From the IMG/VR virus record IMGVR_UViG_3300021958_000026: a DNA stretch of 64,000 nt, one strand, 5' to 3'. The stretch comes from an uncultured virus (IMG/VR IMGVR_UViG_3300021958_000026) (taxonomy: Duplodnaviria; Heunggongvirae; Uroviricota; Caudoviricetes). Below the pieces are notes generated by a model. That model was not told where the DNA came from and searched no databases. It worked only from the letters and a program-made list of their open reading frames with translations. Below, piece after piece: positions 1 to 8,685 of this stretch; within the stretch, counting starts at the first letter, position 1; each line of letters starts with the position of its first letter. The position numbers were made by a program, and so were the translations under genes.

Positions 1-645
1 ACGTAATCCGACCAACTCGTCCACATAATCCACTGGATTACAAAAGAACATTTGAAAATTACCATCAGGTAAACAGACTAATGCCATACACTCATCGACT
101 GGAACTCCTGTGAGTTCTTCGACCATCAATGCATATGCAGTCATTTGGACATACCAAGGTTTTGCATACTTCTCTTGTTTAAATTTGTTTGATGTCTTGA
201 AGTCAATGATGCATAATGAATCATCATATAGACCCACACAGTCAACACGACCAGCCATCTTTAAGTGTCTTGAATAAAGGGGTGCTTCTAGTGCAAGGGG
301 TGTTATCTCATCTAACACTGGTTTCACACCTTTAAACATTGCCTCTTCTAAAATGTTTTTAAATTCAATGTATGGTTTATCTTTTCGAAGATAGTCTTCA
401 ATGTGTTGGTGAATACGAGTACCACGTGATGCAGCTTTAGTTGACACACGGTTTGCTTCTTCTTCACCTACACGTTCTCTCCATAGTTTAATTTGGTCTC
501 TAGTTAAGAGACTGGTAACAGTAGTGACACTAGGATATTTGTTTCCTACTGAATCTACATAGAATCTTTTGCCGTCTATTGTTTCTGTGTGAAGGTCAAG
601 ATGTTCTAAATCAGTAATCTCCAGTGTACTCGTTTTAATTTCCAT
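1..645 (-). CDS. Cas4-like PD-(D/E)XK exonuclease (3' end runs off the window)
   Basis: My translation from ATG 645: YPSVTT...RGTRIH...EAPLYS...AGRVDCV...IIDFKTS...QMTAYA, a RecB/Cas4-type motif set common in T4-like phages; missing from the ORF track because it is truncated. Confidence 0.85.
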   Translation of the reverse strand, partial: MEIKTSTLEITDLEHLDLHTETIDGKRFYVDSVGNKYPSVTTVTSLLTRDQIKLWRERVGEEEANRVSTKAASRGTRIHQHIEDYLRKDKPYIEFKNILEEAMFKGVKPVLDEITPLALEAPLYSRHLKMAGRVDCVGLYDDSLCIIDFKTSNKFKQEKYAKPWYVQMTAYALMVEELTGVPVDECMALVCLPDGNFQMFFCNPVDYVDELVGLR

Positions 646-653
646 AATCTATT

Positions 654-962
654 TTACTTCTTTTTTGACTGGATGTCACGGTGTTTTTTGATAATACCTA
701 CAGTTTTTTCTCGTTTGATATCTTTGGTTCCATACTCATTGTAAACATTAGAGCCTGGATGTGCATCACCTATCTTTGACATTACCTCTTTGAATCCACC
801 ATCACGTTTATCTTTTACTGATACACCACTGACAATACTAGGTGCAGTGACTCGTGATTCAAGATGTGGGTTGGATTCTTTGAACTCATCTAACTTAGTG
901 TAAGACATGAAGTGTTCTTCAAGTTCATTTGTTTCTGTATTCAGAAATACATATGTTGGCAT
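654..962 (-). CDS. FmdB-like small regulatory/hypothetical protein
   Basis: Likely start MPTYVF at 962; the MPTY...DGGFKEVMSKI pattern is typical of T4-like marine phages. Confidence 0.6.
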   Translation of the reverse strand: MPTYVFLNTETNELEEHFMSYTKLDEFKESNPHLESRVTAPSIVSGVSVKDKRDGGFKEVMSKIGDAHPGSNVYNEYGTKDIKREKTVGIIKKHRDIQSKKK

Positions 963-963
963 A

Positions 964-1503
964 TCACGTTCCCATAAATGAAGGGACGTTTCGATTAGTC
1001 CACTTCGCAAAGTCTTTTTTGTATTTATTGTAGTAATTTTGATATGCTTCAATGACGTTAACATTCTTAACATCGTCAGGCATTGCACATGGAGGTGCAG
1101 AGAATAAACCCTTGTCCATGTTCTTAGGCAGTCTTTCTAATACGTCTCTGAGTAGAGAGTCAGTCTTGTGGACTTTACCATATCGATATGTGTATTCGTC
1201 ACACAATGCACAGAACAGTTTGTAAAGGTATTCATAGTTACCAGTCTTCTGACGTGTCCATATTGCAGTAGGGTGATTGATGTGTGATGCTTTGTATAAC
1301 AATGCATCCATGTATGCACTAGGGTGTTCCCACCTACGAATGTTTCTACCGTTTGCAGTCTTGTCCATCCACTCATTACCGTCTAACATACGATGAGCAG
1401 TAGACATCAATTGAGCATACTCAATAATCATTTTGACTACGTGTTTATCGCAGTGCAACTCTGCACACTTCTTTGGTTTCCTGTGTAAGTAAAATAAATT
1501 CAT
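964..1503 (-). CDS. Pyrimidine-dimer DNA glycosylase (DenV-related) family protein
   Basis: MNLFYL...HCDKHVVKMIIEYAQLMSTAH...HINHP...AYQNYY motifs. Confidence 0.65.
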   Translation of the reverse strand: MNLFYLHRKPKKCAELHCDKHVVKMIIEYAQLMSTAHRMLDGNEWMDKTANGRNIRRWEHPSAYMDALLYKASHINHPTAIWTRQKTGNYEYLYKLFCALCDEYTYRYGKVHKTDSLLRDVLERLPKNMDKGLFSAPPCAMPDDVKNVNVIEAYQNYYNKYKKDFAKWTNRNVPSFMGT

Positions 1504-1784
1504 AATTGTTTAATCTCCGATAAGAACTCTTCAACGTTTTTCCATGAAAGATGTCCTATCACATCATCAGTGATACCACTAGTATAACATAAGTCACCGT
1601 CTTCGTCTATGGTAAAATCTAAAACTGCTAGTTCCCATAAACCATTTTTACCACCGTATGAGAAATCATGTTTAACTACACTTGCACCATAACCATTTGG
1701 AAATGCATACTTATGTTGCACTCCATTGTTAACATAATTAGTATTCTTAAGATACTCTCTAAAGTTTTCTACTGTATCATACAT
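1500..1784 (-). CDS. Conserved phage hypothetical protein
   Basis: FPNGYGASVV...SYGG..GLWELAVL motif; GAGG RBS; ATGA overlap with the next gene. Confidence 0.7.
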   Translation of the reverse strand: MYDTVENFREYLKNTNYVNNGVQHKYAFPNGYGASVVKHDFSYGGKNGLWELAVLDFTIDEDGDLCYTSGITDDVIGHLSWKNVEEFLSEIKQL

Positions 1785-1792
1785 AATTTCCT

Positions 1793-2362
1793 CTACTTAT
1801 AAAATAAATGGTTATCAATGGTTGTTGTTCTGTTGAGACTGTCTGCCCAAAAGGGATAGACAAAATCTGCATGATAGTGGGTTGCACCCTCAGTGATATC
1901 AGTCCACTCACCGTTTACAATCCTACGTGCAAGTTGCATAGATGCAATCCAAGTCTTACTGTCTACAGGGTCATCAGACTTGCCATCACAATACCAACTA
2001 AACTGACACTGATTTCTTATTGGCACTTCGTTACCCTTCCAGTTGATACGAGTCTTTGAATCATAAACAACGTCACAGATAGTGTCAGGATACAAGTCAG
2101 ATTTAACTCGATTTAACACTACGTGTGACACTGCTATTTTACCAACCATAGGTTGGTTACCACTCTCAAAGTAAATGTTTTGTGCAAGACAAAAGACATC
2201 ACCGTTTTCATCAGATGCATGTGCTTGTTGCATTGTTGCAAACATAACTAACATACCAACAATAAATCCTATTGTTGTACCACCTGCACCTGCAAGTAAA
2301 ACACGAAGTGTTTCTCTTTCCTTTGCAGCTCCGTCTATTCCATATTTGTGTTTATGAATCAT
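1793..2362 (-). CDS. Cell wall hydrolase, SleB/Hydrolase_2 family
   Basis: N-terminal TM; CLAQNIYFES, VVLNRV, CQFSWYCDG, GATHYHA, HLFY motifs. Confidence 0.9.
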   Translation of the reverse strand: MIHKHKYGIDGAAKERETLRVLLAGAGGTTIGFIVGMLVMFATMQQAHASDENGDVFCLAQNIYFESGNQPMVGKIAVSHVVLNRVKSDLYPDTICDVVYDSKTRINWKGNEVPIRNQCQFSWYCDGKSDDPVDSKTWIASMQLARRIVNGEWTDITEGATHYHADFVYPFWADSLNRTTTIDNHLFYK

Positions 2363-2465
2363 CTTCTTTCTCCCACGGAAAAGGTTTGTTGATATGCAAA
2401 CCTACAAAAACCATACTTGCCATAATAATACATAGTAGGGTTCCACCTAAAAATCCAATCTCCAT
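2352..2465 (-). CDS. Small membrane protein (37 aa)
   Basis: MEIGFLGGTLLCIIMASMVFVGL...; hydrophobic, fills the gap between neighbours. Confidence 0.5.
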   Translation of the reverse strand: MEIGFLGGTLLCIIMASMVFVGLHINKPFPWEKEDDS

Positions 2466-2466
2466 A

Positions 2467-2679
2467 TTAATACCCACTTGTTGTATGAACATATCCATCA
2501 GGACAGTTGTATTCACCACAAACACATTGACCATTATCAGTGTCAATGTCATCGTTAGGTGCAAGGTCACGTGGATGTGTTGCACCGTACTTCTCTAGAT
2601 TGTACACATCTTCTGCAGTGTACTTACCACCACTAGTCTCAGCAAGAATGTGGTGTCGTTTTTCAATAGTCATAATCAT
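2467..2679 (-). CDS. Hypothetical protein with C-terminal Cys/His cluster
   Basis: GGAGGAG RBS; CVCGEYNCPDGYVH. Confidence 0.6.
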   Translation of the reverse strand: MIMTIEKRHHILAETSGGKYTAEDVYNLEKYGATHPRDLAPNDDIDTDNGQCVCGEYNCPDGYVHTTSGY

Positions 2680-2830
2680 TCTCCTCCAGTTCGATAATGA
2701 ACCAAAACATTAGTAGGAATCCTACTATTATAACACATAAACTGTCAAGTGGTAAGAGGGTTTCTGTATTGTGTTCAATACCACCTACACCACCTAACAC
2801 CAAAATAAATCCTAACATAAATCGTATCAT
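2663..2830 (-). CDS. Small two-TM membrane protein (not in ORF track)
   Basis: MIRFMLGFILVLGGVGGIEH...LCVIIVGFLLMFWFIIELEENDYDY*. Confidence 0.55.
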   Translation of the reverse strand: MIRFMLGFILVLGGVGGIEHNTETLLPLDSLCVIIVGFLLMFWFIIELEENDYDY

Positions 2831-3177
2831 TATGCAACCTCACTATAAGCAGGAGTGATATTACCACTCACAATTGCATCAACAACTTCTACAGCAGAGT
2901 AATTGAAACCACCAACATGCCATTGACATTCGCCTAGAGGGATATAACCATCCTTCCAATTGTAGATTGTTGCATGTACATAATCCCAATCGTCATCACC
3001 ATCAGGAACTTTAACAGTTAACGCCCATTCACAATTCACTTTTGCATATGGGTCTGCATCAGTGTAAGAAGGTTTACCCAACACAGACACTAGAGTGTCG
3101 TAGTCAGTATTAATGTACCCTTGTAAGTGGGAACCATTCTTACCATATTCATTTACATCGTATTCTAATATATTCAT
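2830..3177 (-). CDS. Conserved phage hypothetical protein
   Basis: AAGGAG RBS; ATIYNWK...WHVGG motif. Confidence 0.7.
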   Translation of the reverse strand: MNILEYDVNEYGKNGSHLQGYINTDYDTLVSVLGKPSYTDADPYAKVNCEWALTVKVPDGDDDWDYVHATIYNWKDGYIPLGECQWHVGGFNYSAVEVVDAIVSGNITPAYSEVA

Positions 3178-3186
3178 ATCGTCTCC

Positions 3187-3366
3187 TTAGTGAACTGCAA
3201 TAGCGAGACCATTCTCAACTATATCGTTCAACTCATTATTATCACAAAAATCGAATTCAAAATTCAAAACAGCTTTAGACCTCTTTGATGTGATATTGTA
3301 ATTTTCTAACTTGTCATCATCAAGAACTTTAATTTCAGGTTTTGGGTATATTGGATTGTTTATCAT
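3187..3366 (-). CDS. Hypothetical protein, 59 aa (not in ORF track)
   Basis: AGGAG RBS, MINNPIYPKPEIK...LAIAVH*. Confidence 0.6.
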   Translation of the reverse strand: MINNPIYPKPEIKVLDDDKLENYNITSKRSKAVLNFEFDFCDNNELNDIVENGLAIAVH

Positions 3367-3374
3367 TTTGTCTC

Positions 3375-3659
3375 CTATGCTACTAGTTTATCCCAATGAC
3401 CACTCACACCTATTGCAGAGTTGTCACATCCTTGTCCGTAAAACCAAAATTCCATATCTAAACCTTCGAATGATTCAGCATAGATGATACCTGTGAAAGG
3501 TTTTTTATCCAGTCTTTGACTATAACTGGTTGTTTCGTAAACCTCAGCTTCGATAAATGGAAAGTCATTGTTGACAACTTTGGTAATTGTACCTTCGTAA
3601 AACTTACCACTTTGTTTGTATCTGATGTCATCGTATTCGTTTAAGTATCCTATGTTCAT
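3375..3659 (-). CDS. Hypothetical early protein
   Basis: AAGGAG RBS, directly downstream of an early promoter. Confidence 0.7.
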   Translation of the reverse strand: MNIGYLNEYDDIRYKQSGKFYEGTITKVVNNDFPFIEAEVYETTSYSQRLDKKPFTGIIYAESFEGLDMEFWFYGQGCDNSAIGVSGHWDKLVA

Positions 3660-3689
3660 TTGTCTCCTTTATTAATCATCATGTAACCA

Positions 3690-3724
3690 TTATATAAAAA
3701 AATGGGGGGCATTGTCAACCCCCC
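3690..3724 (-). promoter_or_regulatory. Early sigma70-type promoter cassette
   Basis: GGGGG-TTGACA-ATGCCCCCCATTTTTTTA-TATAAT on the minus strand. Confidence 0.85.
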
Positions 3725-3731
3725 AAGAAGA

Positions 3732-4082
3732 TTATATAAGATAATCAGGCCCATACTTTCTCATTCCAAATATCTCATATCCATCAAACAGGTTACCACG
3801 TCCTGCATTCAGAGTTGGAGTTGACCAACCTGCAGCCTTCAGAACAGTACCAGTTTCAAATTTAGAGTTGGTTTTATTAATGAAACCCCACACAGTAAGT
3901 TGATTACCAGTGTTGGTAATTACTTTGATGTACTTACGTGCAACCTCAAAATAGGTATGATACTCAGTAAGAGTAGGGTATTCTTTGATATGCAGTTCAT
4001 TGATGTCATCACACAACTTTTGCACAAGAGGGATTAAGTTTTCTAGATTACGTTCCATTTCAGTCTCCTTATTTGTCATCAT
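3732..4082 (-). CDS. Conserved phage hypothetical early protein
   Basis: KYIKVI...VWGFI...GTVLKAAGWSTP...RGNL motif; the track's TTG start lies in the -35 box, so the start was corrected. Confidence 0.7.
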   Translation of the reverse strand: MMTNKETEMERNLENLIPLVQKLCDDINELHIKEYPTLTEYHTYFEVARKYIKVITNTGNQLTVWGFINKTNSKFETGTVLKAAGWSTPTLNAGRGNLFDGYEIFGMRKYGPDYLI

Positions 4083-4122
4083 GTGTATATAATAACAAAA
4101 AATGAGGGGCTTTGTCAACCCC
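4083..4122 (-). promoter_or_regulatory. Early sigma70-type promoter cassette
   Basis: GGGG-TTGACA-AAGCCCCTCATTTTTTGT-TATTAT. Confidence 0.85.
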
Positions 4123-4149
4123 TCTAAGTCATTGAATTGTCTCGTAAAA

Positions 4150-4234
4150 TGGTGCCTGAGGCGAGACTTGAACTCGCATGTCCGAAGACGAGGGATTTTA
4201 AGTCCCTTGTGTATACCAATTCCACCACTCAGGC
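4150..4234 (-). tRNA. tRNA-Leu(TAA)
   Basis: Cloverleaf GCCTGAG...AGGGA CT TAA AA TCCCT, long variable arm, GTTCAAGT, encoded CCA. Confidence 0.95.
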
Positions 4235-4235
4235 A

Positions 4236-4312
4236 TGGTCGGAGATACAGGATTTGAACCTGTGACCACTCGTCCCCAAAACGAGTGCGCTACCTGACTG
4301 CGCTAATCTCCG
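4236..4312 (-). tRNA. tRNA-Pro(TGG)
   Basis: CGGAGAT...CTCGT TT TGG GG ACGAG...GTTCAAATC...CCA. Confidence 0.95.
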
Positions 4313-4647
4313 TATTTTAGGTCTATAATCTCCGTATCAGTTAGGTCTCTCAGTGGAATATCGTCAATACCTTCTAATTCTAATTGTACGAACTCATCGT
4401 TATAAAAATCACTTTGAAACTGACCATCCTTAATCATATAGTCAAAGACATCCCATAGTTTTTGGAATCGCATGTCATAGAGTTCTTTGACTCCCAACAA
4501 TTTGTTCATTACTTTGTCAACGTACTTGGGTGGCATGTCAACAAACTCACCACTGTCTCCAATGTGTTCATACAAATCATTCACATCATCAACCACACTC
4601 CAACACTTCATGATTTGTTCTTCTAAATCAAAACGGTCATAGTTCAT
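4303..4647 (-). CDS. Hypothetical protein (stop codon inside tRNA-Pro)
   Basis: DRFDLEEQIMKCW motif; purine-rich RBS. Confidence 0.7.
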   Translation of the reverse strand: MNYDRFDLEEQIMKCWSVVDDVNDLYEHIGDSGEFVDMPPKYVDKVMNKLLGVKELYDMRFQKLWDVFDYMIKDGQFQSDFYNDEFVQLELEGIDDIPLRDLTDTEIIDLKYGD

Positions 4648-4774
4648 CTTCTTCTTCCTCCTTAGGAAATAAATCGAACTTAATTAAATCATAGGTCAAC
4701 CAAAAGGATACTCCTACTACGGTTATTGTGATAATTATTATTAACCACAAAAAGATTGTTAGTGTAAGTTCCAT
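4637..4774 (-). CDS. Small membrane protein (not in ORF track)
   Basis: MELTLTIFLWLIIIITITVVGVSFW...; GAGG RBS. Confidence 0.5.
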   Translation of the reverse strand: MELTLTIFLWLIIIITITVVGVSFWLTYDLIKFDLFPKEEEEDEL

Positions 4775-4791
4775 AACTTACCCTCTGTATT

Positions 4792-4868
4792 TGGCGTCCC
4801 TGACAGGAGTTGAACCTGTAACCTACGGTTTAGAAGACCGTTGCTCTATCCGATTGAGCTACAAGGAC
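4792..4868 (-). tRNA. tRNA-Arg(TCT)
   Basis: GTCCTTG...ACGGT CT TCT AA ACCGT...GTTCAACTC...CCA. Confidence 0.95.
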
Positions 4869-4875
4869 GGAAAGA

Positions 4876-5124
4876 TTAAAGTTGAATTTGTTCTTTGATT
4901 ACAAGTTTCTCTAGTGGTGTGAGGTCATTGATAGATTCAAACCGAGACCAAGTTGTACCATAAGTCACTAGTTTGTTTCCTGCAGTCACAGCTGCATTCC
5001 ACTTCTCATCTAATTCACGTTGTTTATCCAACGGTTGTTTTGAATTAGATGCATATATTTTATTGTCTTCGCAATCTCTAATCAGTTTCTGACCGAGTTT
5101 TACGTAGTATTCTTCTGCATTCAT
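4876..5124 (-). CDS. Hypothetical early protein
   Basis: GGAG RBS before MNAEEYY; the track's N-terminus is promoter sequence. Confidence 0.65.
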   Translation of the reverse strand: MNAEEYYVKLGQKLIRDCEDNKIYASNSKQPLDKQRELDEKWNAAVTAGNKLVTYGTTWSRFESINDLTPLEKLVIKEQIQL

Positions 5125-5147
5125 AATGTACTCCAAGTTAAGAAGTC

Positions 5148-5183
5148 TATAGTAACAAAAGTGGTGGGGCATTGTCTACCCCT
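5148..5183 (-). promoter_or_regulatory. Early promoter cassette (variant)
   Basis: GGGG-TAGACA-ATGCCCCACCACTTTTGT-TACTAT. Confidence 0.7.
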
Positions 5184-5186
5184 TTT

Positions 5187-5435
5187 TTATATGTTTTTTT
5201 GGATTTCGTTTAATTCGTTGATTTTCTTAGTGATAATCTCGACACGATTGGGCCAGTAGATGTAGTCTTTGTCAGAATCCTTGGCAAGATTCTCAAGGAG
5301 TGGTCTGATAAAGTTGTCTAATTTGTTGATGACTTCTGTTGCACTGGTGGTCTTTTCTACAATCTTAGTATCTACTGATGCAAGTTCATCAGCATCCATT
5401 GCAGTGAAACCAAAGTCGTTATATTCTATACTCAT
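5187..5435 (-). CDS. Conserved T4-like hypothetical protein
   Basis: DFGFTA...PLLENL...KDYIYWPNR motif; ATAAATA late promoter just upstream. Confidence 0.7.
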   Translation of the reverse strand: MSIEYNDFGFTAMDADELASVDTKIVEKTTSATEVINKLDNFIRPLLENLAKDSDKDYIYWPNRVEIITKKINELNEIQKNI

Positions 5436-5446
5436 AATGTTATTTA

Positions 5447-6061
5447 TTACATTCCGTTCTGTGGATATAGTGATTTTACCATTTTATCTACATCCTGTAA
5501 AGTGGATTTATCATCCTGAACTTCAAGATAGTTTGCATGTGCTTGAAGTGTCAAGTCAGTAATCTCTAAGTGTGGATAGATTGTAACCAACTTGTAAAGT
5601 AAAGATGCAACCTCTTGATGCTGTACAGATGGTAACTCATGGTTTAGTAAACCTAAGTTGACAGTGGTCATCTTGTATTTTCTATTAGAATTATAAGTTA
5701 GATTATTTGCAAGATGATTCAATGCATTCTTTTGTGCAGAGTACATGTATCCTTTTGAGATGTTAGGTTGTGATGCACGTGACGATATGTTGATAATATA
5801 CTTTGTACTATCATCGCACCACGCTTTGTGTGCAATATCTAAAACCTTTACTTGGTCAAAGTCCTGATGTGCAAAGTTGATAAGAACATCAATGTGGTTT
5901 TTATTCTCTTTGTCAAATATCCAACACTTGGTGTCATTGGCTGTAATGTCTTCTATTCGTAGAGACTTGACTGTAAATGTTTTACCTGCATTGGGTGTTG
6001 ACTCAAATGTTCGTTTGATTAACTCTGCAAGTCCTGTACTACCTGTTATTGCTATTTTCAT
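5447..6061 (-). CDS. Short-chain dehydrogenase/reductase (SDR)
   Basis: ITGSTGLA Rossmann motif, IINISS, catalytic YSAQK (YxxxK). Confidence 0.8.
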   Translation of the reverse strand: MKIAITGSTGLAELIKRTFESTPNAGKTFTVKSLRIEDITANDTKCWIFDKENKNHIDVLINFAHQDFDQVKVLDIAHKAWCDDSTKYIINISSRASQPNISKGYMYSAQKNALNHLANNLTYNSNRKYKMTTVNLGLLNHELPSVQHQEVASLLYKLVTIYPHLEITDLTLQAHANYLEVQDDKSTLQDVDKMVKSLYPQNGM

Positions 6062-6962
6062 AATACTCTCTCACTATATCAAATGACGGTTTACCAAATA
6101 ATGAACCGTCAACACTACACTTGTTACAAGGCGAATGACTTCTATCTCCTTTCATTAATCTCTTACGAATCTTTGTCATGGGTTTACTGAACCATACATC
6201 ATGCAAAGAATCTTGTAGAAGATTACCTACAACGTGTTCTCTTCCCCAATCGTTAGAACAGAACAATACGTCTCCGTTCCAATCAACAAACATTTTGTAG
6301 AATGGATAATGACAAGGTTTGCCTTTTAGATTCTCTACACTGTCGTCTTCTATGCCAACCCAATCGATAACACCACTTCTATTATTTAGAATGAGTCCAT
6401 GTTTTTCAAAATCACCCCAATGCATTCTGTATCTATAATTGTCTTCTCTTATTCTTGCATCTGACATCATTTTATCAAAATGTTCCATTTGATGAATGCC
6501 ATCGTAAAGATTAATGTAAAGTAAATCTAATCCATTTTTAAATAACTTTTTAGCATATTCAATATCTAACTTATCACCGTTAGTGTTACACTCAAGTGTT
6601 GCTTGTGGTAAACTAAATCTAAACTCTCTTACAATTTCGATAAAATTAGGATTCAGTAAGTTCTCACCAAATCCACTAAAAGATATTTTACCTTGAAAAT
6701 TATTGTCACCTAACTCTTCTGCAATAGTGTTTGCACCTTTAACAGTCATGTGTAGATTTCTATTTGGGAATACTTTAGGGTCATGTCTAGGACAAAAGAC
6801 ACAAGTTCTATTACAGAGTTCAGTAGTGTTTACTTCAACGGTAAGAATAGAGTCGAGAGGATTATTACCAGTGTTTTTTTCCCAATGTTTGGTTTCTTGT
6901 TCTCTACGATGTTCTAAGAAGTCGTATTGGTCGACAGCAGTTACAGGGATTCTATCTGACAT
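6039..6962 (-). CDS. Radical SAM protein with SPASM/twitch domain
   Basis: CNRTCVFC, SGFGE, NTNG; C-terminal PCHYPF...DWNGDVLFCSND...PCNKC. Confidence 0.9.
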   Translation of the reverse strand: MSDRIPVTAVDQYDFLEHRREQETKHWEKNTGNNPLDSILTVEVNTTELCNRTCVFCPRHDPKVFPNRNLHMTVKGANTIAEELGDNNFQGKISFSGFGENLLNPNFIEIVREFRFSLPQATLECNTNGDKLDIEYAKKLFKNGLDLLYINLYDGIHQMEHFDKMMSDARIREDNYRYRMHWGDFEKHGLILNNRSGVIDWVGIEDDSVENLKGKPCHYPFYKMFVDWNGDVLFCSNDWGREHVVGNLLQDSLHDVWFSKPMTKIRKRLMKGDRSHSPCNKCSVDGSLFGKPSFDIVREYYENSNNR

Positions 6963-7429
6963 GTTACGTGTCTCTCCCTATCTTCTGTTTCATGCACATA
7001 TCTGTACACTATGTCTGAACCAACGGTAAAGGGTTCTGCATAATATTTTGGAACACAGTAGAACTGTTCATCTTCATATTCGTCTAGTATTTTTGTTAGA
7101 GGATTTTTATTTGGGTTCCACAAAAAAGGTCTGAGAAAAATATGGTCACCTAGTGGTTGTTCTAATACAGAGAACACTAGAGTGTCACCATCTTTATAAA
7201 GGCATACTTTATCGATGTCATATTGACATCCTAGTTTTATGGTATAATCTTTTGGAAAGTTAAAACGAAGTAAATCCTCACAGACTTCCTGCTGGAACTC
7301 TGAATAAATTGGAGATACTTCGTTTGGTTTTAGTTCTCTTACAGTTGAGTTACTAGAAGTAACCACCGTCCCTCGAATTGTCGTTGTCATTGTCATCCTC
7401 ATCGGTTTCACTCGCAGAGATAAAACCAC
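6941..7429 (-). CDS. Hypothetical protein (start uncertain, probably near 7360)
   Basis: Long ORF filling the operon gap. Confidence 0.55.
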   Translation of the reverse strand: MVLSLRVKPMRMTMTTTIRGTVVTSSNSTVRELKPNEVSPIYSEFQQEVCEDLLRFNFPKDYTIKLGCQYDIDKVCLYKDGDTLVFSVLEQPLGDHIFLRPFLWNPNKNPLTKILDEYEDEQFYCVPKYYAEPFTVGSDIVYRYVHETEDRERHVTCQIESL

Positions 7430-8567
7430 TATCTTCTGTTAATTCTTTAATGTATGCTTCTGACTGTTCGACAAATGAGTCAATCATTTTTGCTTTAGTT
7501 TGAGTTAAGTCTACTTCAAAACCTAGTACATCTGCAGTCTCTTTGATTTTAGACTTGGTTAATGATTGTAATTCTGATTTATTTGGAATAACAATCTCAT
7601 CATACTCTTCTTCACCTTCTTCTTCTTTTGCAGATTCAAGGTCTTTGTAGTCATCCACTAATCTTAGATTGGGTGCATTACCAGCAGTTATTGTTGGTGC
7701 AAAGTCAGGTTGAGTTTCAGTGTCTTCTTCTTGTACTTGGAATGCATCATCAATATCTACGTCTTCGTCTTCTACGTCTTGAATGACCTCTTTATCAAAT
7801 TCAGAAAGGTCTTCTAAGTCAGGAAGTGTATCAACATTATCTTCCTTCCATTGTTCGACTGCTTGTTTGGTTTCGTCAATCTTCTCTTGCAGTTCTTCGT
7901 CTTCAGTGATTACGTCTTCTTGTGTAACTTCTGAGAAAGACTTCAAACCTTTTGATGCATTATCCCATTCTTCAGGTGTTACATCATCAAGTGATTTTGT
8001 TTCTTCTTCTGTTGCAGGATTTAATGCACGTACCATATCCCATGCTTTTGATTTGGGTTTAGGTGCAGGAGTTGGTTCAGGTTCTTGAACTTCTTGAGGT
8101 GTTAACTCAGGTGGAGTATAAGGTGTCCAATCAGGTGACTGTCTTATATCTTGACCGTTGACTTGAGCAATCAGTTCTTCAACTCTCTTCTCAAGTTCTT
8201 TTCTTCGAAGTCGTTCTTCATTGAGTTTGGTTTTTTCCAAATCAATTCGTTTTGCAAACTCTTCTTGTTTCTCAAGTTCTTCTATTGCAACAATCTCATT
8301 GAGTCTTTTCGTTGCAGTTTCTACTGCAAGATTGTACTCTCCTAATCCATTACCAATATCATCACGTACTAGAATCATTGCTTCTAGTTCATTGAGTTTT
8401 GCACCACCATTTTTAAGGTGAGTCTCTAGTAATGCATTTACAACTTGTGCTGTCTGAGGTTTTAGACCAATACGAAAGTCTTGAATACGTTTTTGAATTC
8501 TTTCCTTTTCGGAAAGTTCAGGTGGAGTTTGACTAAACTCCGAAGGTTTGTTTATTTCATCTGCCAT
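7353..8567 (-). CDS. Acidic coiled-coil protein with C-terminal HeH/SAP-like motif
   Basis: Coiled coil, Pro-rich linker, D/E-rich tract; LQSLTKSKIKETADVLGFEVDLTQTKAKMI. Confidence 0.6.
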   Translation of the reverse strand: MADEINKPSEFSQTPPELSEKERIQKRIQDFRIGLKPQTAQVVNALLETHLKNGGAKLNELEAMILVRDDIGNGLGEYNLAVETATKRLNEIVAIEELEKQEEFAKRIDLEKTKLNEERLRRKELEKRVEELIAQVNGQDIRQSPDWTPYTPPELTPQEVQEPEPTPAPKPKSKAWDMVRALNPATEEETKSLDDVTPEEWDNASKGLKSFSEVTQEDVITEDEELQEKIDETKQAVEQWKEDNVDTLPDLEDLSEFDKEVIQDVEDEDVDIDDAFQVQEEDTETQPDFAPTITAGNAPNLRLVDDYKDLESAKEEEGEEEYDEIVIPNKSELQSLTKSKIKETADVLGFEVDLTQTKAKMIDSFVEQSEAYIKELTEDSGFISASETDEDDNDNDNSRDGGYF

Positions 8568-8589
8568 AATATATCCCAATTAAAATCCA

Positions 8590-8677
8590 TGGAGTCCTAC
8601 TCGACTAGAAAGTTCTACACACTAGGAAATGTATATACATAACTTTCCCTTTTATCATATGTATAGTCTCTGAGGAC
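8590..8677 (-). ncRNA. Candidate structured RNA or leader ending in CCA
   Basis: GTCCT...AGGAC-TCCA closing stem, inner stems GACTA/TAGTC and TATACATA/TATGTATA; late promoter CTAAATA immediately upstream. Confidence 0.35.
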
Positions 8678-8685
8678 AAAAGTAT

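Noticed and set aside
1..645. Cas4-like gene as evidence of a CRISPR-Cas system
   Set aside because: Stand-alone Cas4-like nucleases are common in T4-like phages; no repeat-spacer array or other cas genes were seen
640..670. In-phase A_AAA_AAG near the end of the FmdB-like gene
   Set aside because: The -1 frame stops after three codons and does not fuse to the exonuclease; no clear stimulatory hairpin
4083..4118. Shared N-terminal 'FCYYIHMM' peptide in ORFs 3732, 26271 and (partly) 4876
   Set aside because: Artefact of translating the repeated promoter cassette; the TTG start is the -35 box
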